The notes under the pieces are model-generated. The model did no database searches. It was not told the DNA's origin and saw only the letters and a list, made by a program, of their open reading frames with translations. A DNA stretch of 63,812 nt, filler included, from Ferroacidibacillus organovorans (GTDB lineage Bacteria; Bacillota; Bacilli; Alicyclobacillales; SLC66): NCBI RefSeq assembly GCF_001642725.1. It is 4 parts of 4 records of this genome, joined end to end, with 100 filler letters (N's around TTAATTAATTAA, not from the genome) between each part and the next. Parts side by side here need not be neighbours in the genome. Positions count along the whole stretch, not along the records: positions 57,269 to 63,812 come from NZ_LSUQ01000094.1; 3 more parts are not named here. One strand, 5' to 3'. A program made the position numbers and the translations under genes. This document shows positions 61,296 to 63,812 of the stretch, one piece after another. Every line of letters starts with the position of its first letter. Positions within the stretch are counted from its first letter, which is position 1.

Positions 61296-61901
61296 TTGAA
61301 CCGAGGCATGATGTCATTTGGAGCGCATGAACTGATTGGGTTGAATGAGGCGCTCATGGCGAAATCTGCGAACATCGAACTCCTGTCTTTCCTGAGTCAA
61401 CATGTGCAAGATCAGCGATTGAGAAACATGTTGGAACAGCACGCAGAATCCGTCCATCATCACTATATGCAGGGTGTTCAATTGTTACAGGGACAAGGGC
61501 AGGAGGTATATGCTAAACCAGGATTTGCTGAGTCGAACATGGAGTATTACGGCCAGCCTAAACTAGGCTTGCGCAATCCAAACATGCCCATGCCCCGTCT
61601 GAATGCGCAAGCACCTTCGGAGCGAACCATCTGTACGACAGCGCTTAGTTTATACAAATTTGGCGCAATCGGTTGGACAACGTTTGGTCTTGAATGCACG
61701 AATCCACAATTGCGCGAGTGGTTCATGCGCGGAACGGCAATGAGTGATAAAATGGCATACGAAATGTGGGGCTTTATGAATCAAAAAGGGTATTACCAAG
61801 TTATTACGCTCCCGAATGAAACCATCCAAGCGATGATGCATGCCTATACACCGTCACAAATGAGTTTGAACCAGGGTGTAAACGCCATGCCGTATCAATA
61901 A
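61296..61901 (+). CDS. Spore coat protein, Coat F/YhcQ-like
   Basis: FGAHE, LECTNPQLR, YEMWGFMNQKGYYQV. Confidence 0.8.
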   Translation: MNRGMMSFGAHELIGLNEALMAKSANIELLSFLSQHVQDQRLRNMLEQHAESVHHHYMQGVQLLQGQGQEVYAKPGFAESNMEYYGQPKLGLRNPNMPMPRLNAQAPSERTICTTALSLYKFGAIGWTTFGLECTNPQLREWFMRGTAMSDKMAYEMWGFMNQKGYYQVITLPNETIQAMMHAYTPSQMSLNQGVNAMPYQ

Positions 61902-62045
61902 TCCATTTTTAGATAGGGCTCTGACGAAAATAGAATTCGTCGGAGTCCTGTTTGCTGTCTCTAAAAGAGGTGCTATCTTTAAAAACATAAACAGATGCTT
62001 GTAAGAGAGTTGAGACGCTTAAATAATTTCGAAATAAATAATTGT

Positions 62046-62065
62046 ATATACCTAATAGGGTATAT
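62046..62065. promoter_or_regulatory. CsoR/CstR-family operator next to the -10 box
   Basis: ATATACC-TAATAG-GGTATAT palindrome abutting TGaTATAAT (62065-62073). Confidence 0.7.
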
Positions 62066-62115
62066 GATATAATAACTTCAGGAAGATCATTCACATGAAA
62101 CGGAAGGTGAAACGC

Positions 62116-63570
62116 GTGTTTCTTAAATATTTTTATGATGAGAAATTGGCTCAGGCATCCTATATGGTCGGGTGTCAGGCGACGGGTGAGGCGCTTGTGA
62201 TTGATCCGTCGCGCGATGTAACGATGTATGAAGAAACGGCGCTGAAAGAAGGTTTTCGCATTGTTGCAGCAACGGAGACGCACATTCATGCAGATTTTGT
62301 CTCTGGTGCAAGAGAGTTGGCTGTAGGTGCGGGGGCAAAACTGTATTTGTCTGGCGAAGGTGACGCAATATGGCGTCAACAGTATACAGAAGGGATTTCT
62401 TTCCAATGGGTGCACGATGGGGATGCCTTCAAAATTGGCAATTTGACCTTTGATGTAATGCATACACCAGGACACACTCCTGAGAGTTTGTCGTTTTTAG
62501 TGCATGACGGAGGCGGCGGAATTCACAGGGAAGCTATGGGGATCTTTAGTGGAGATTTTGTGTTTGTAGGCGACATAGGACGGCCTGATCTTCTTGAGAA
62601 AGCTGTCGGCGTTAGCGGATCTTCCGAACAAGGCGCAAAACAAATGTACGAATCGATTCAGCGCTTTAAAAAGCTTCCGGATCATCTCCAAGTTTGGCCA
62701 GGGCATGGTGCGGGTAGTGCGTGTGGCAAAGCGCTTGGCGCAATTCCCTCTTCTACAGTCGGCTATGAAAAACTCTTTAATTGGGCAATGGCCGATCTCT
62801 CAGAGTCTGAGTTTATCCAAAAGTTACTCGAAGGACAGCCTGAGCCTCCCCTCTATTTTGCCCAAATGAAAAAGCTCAACGTTGAAGGACCAGCGTTGAT
62901 CTCAGACCTTCCCCCGATTCCGTTGATTGACAGCGCAGCTGTTAAAACAGCGATCGTCGAGGGCAGGCAAATCGTTGATACGCGATCGGCTGCTGCGTTT
63001 CGCGCAGGTCACTTGCCAGGGACGATAAACATCCCTTATAACAAGTCTTTCATCACATGGGCCGGCTGGTTGCTTTCATACGAACAGCCGATCTATCTGC
63101 TCGCAGAGTCGAGTCAGCAATCTAGCATTGTTCGCGATTTGCGGTCGATTGGATTCGACAATGTGGCAGGTCGTGCTCCCCTCGATGTTGTTAACGTCTC
63201 AACCATGGATGGAGAGGCGCTTGAGACGTATCAGGAGATTACGCCTCAAGAGGCGCAGTCTCTTTTGAAACAGGGCGAAGTGGCGTGGATTGATGTGAGA
63301 AACGATGCGGAGTGGGCAGAAGGCTACATTGAAGGCGCCAAACATCTCATGCTCGGTAGAATTAAGGGGCGTTTGAGTGAGTTGCCAAAAGACAAAGATC
63401 ACCCGATCGTTGTTCAGTGCCAATCAGGGGTGCGTTCCTCGATTGCGGCGAGTGTTCTTCAGCGAGAAGGATATAAAAATGTGATTAACATGGCCGGTGG
63501 TTTTGGACGCTGGGCAAATGAAGGGCTACCTGTAACGCAGAGTGAACGCGTAGGAGTTCACAACGCATAA
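62116..63570 (+). CDS. cstB: Persulfide dioxygenase-rhodanese fusion (CstB-like)
   Basis: THIHADF, HTPGHTPE, GDIGRPD, PGHGAGSACG, pseudo-rhodanese domain + rhodanese CQSGVRS. Confidence 0.85.
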   Translation: MFLKYFYDEKLAQASYMVGCQATGEALVIDPSRDVTMYEETALKEGFRIVAATETHIHADFVSGARELAVGAGAKLYLSGEGDAIWRQQYTEGISFQWVHDGDAFKIGNLTFDVMHTPGHTPESLSFLVHDGGGGIHREAMGIFSGDFVFVGDIGRPDLLEKAVGVSGSSEQGAKQMYESIQRFKKLPDHLQVWPGHGAGSACGKALGAIPSSTVGYEKLFNWAMADLSESEFIQKLLEGQPEPPLYFAQMKKLNVEGPALISDLPPIPLIDSAAVKTAIVEGRQIVDTRSAAAFRAGHLPGTINIPYNKSFITWAGWLLSYEQPIYLLAESSQQSSIVRDLRSIGFDNVAGRAPLDVVNVSTMDGEALETYQEITPQEAQSLLKQGEVAWIDVRNDAEWAEGYIEGAKHLMLGRIKGRLSELPKDKDHPIVVQCQSGVRSSIAASVLQREGYKNVINMAGGFGRWANEGLPVTQSERVGVHNA

Positions 63571-63630
63571 CGTAAAGCAAAGAAGGGGATGGGGTTGCGG
63601 CGGCACAGCGCAACCCTGTACACCCTTTTT

Positions 63631-63672
63631 ACACAAAAAACCGCGCCGATGAATAGGCGCGGTTTTTTGTGT
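63631..63672 (+). terminator. Rho-independent terminator; group IIC intron target hairpin
   Basis: 17-bp perfect stem ACACAAAAAACCGCGCC / GGCGCGGTTTTTTGTGT with an 8-nt loop. Confidence 0.9.
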
Positions 63673-63812
63673 GTACGCCAGGCATGGGCGGAATCTATAG
63701 GGTGCAAGTCCCGAACGGGGGTTGGCGACAGACCTACCGTTAGCCAAGAGCAAGGGTGTCCACCGCGAGGTGGAATCTGAAGGAAGCTTTAGGCAAACCC
63801 TCGACCTGAGGT
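63673..63812 (+). mobile_element. Group IIC intron, 5' end (domain I); truncated by the window
   Basis: GTACGCCAGGCATGG..TCTATAGGGTG.AAGTCCCGAAC..GCAAGGGTGTCC..GGAATCTGAAGGAAGC..GGCAAACC..CTGAGG matches my recollection of the O. iheyensis-type IIC domain I; starts right after a terminator. Confidence 0.9.

Overview
Genomic DNA from a spore-forming Bacillota organism. An Alicyclobacillaceae-like acidophile is inferred from gene content and from the secreted-protein motifs. The window is four contigs joined by artificial 100-nt linkers (N44-TTAATTAATTAA-N44 at 19026-19125, 38118-38217 and 57169-57268), so adjacency across the gaps is not real evidence. Contig 1 holds a truncated secreted protein missed by the ORF track and a catabolic island: two LIV-type ABC transporters around a thioesterase, an SDR, two acyl-CoA dehydrogenases, an acyl-CoA ligase and a CocE/NonD hydrolase, followed by a CoA-transferase. 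Contig 2 is a largely housekeeping/sporulation block: pheA, safA, a spore kinase, a split nitrilase + nadE pair, yebC-ruvCAB, sigI-rsgI, queA-tgt-yajC, trmB, an FMN glutamate-synthase-family gene, DUF421, spoVB and a VNTR-containing ORF. Contig 3 has addB, aconitase, sirC, a dac-family gene, tRNA-Arg, a probable spore glycosylation locus and an M42 peptidase. Contig 4 has a 5S rRNA 3' end, a WaaB-like GT4, 11 tRNAs, an atypical arginase-family gene, a coat protein, a CstB-like persulfide dioxygenase with a CstR-type operator, and the 5' end of a group IIC intron inserted directly behind a terminator. The best candidates for novelty are a sigmaA-driven ~100-nt hairpin RNA with a C-rich anti-SD loop (pheA-safA intergenic), the CocE-containing lva-like catabolic island, and the Sm-like small proteins in the glycosylation locus. 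All product calls come from motif recognition, not database searches.
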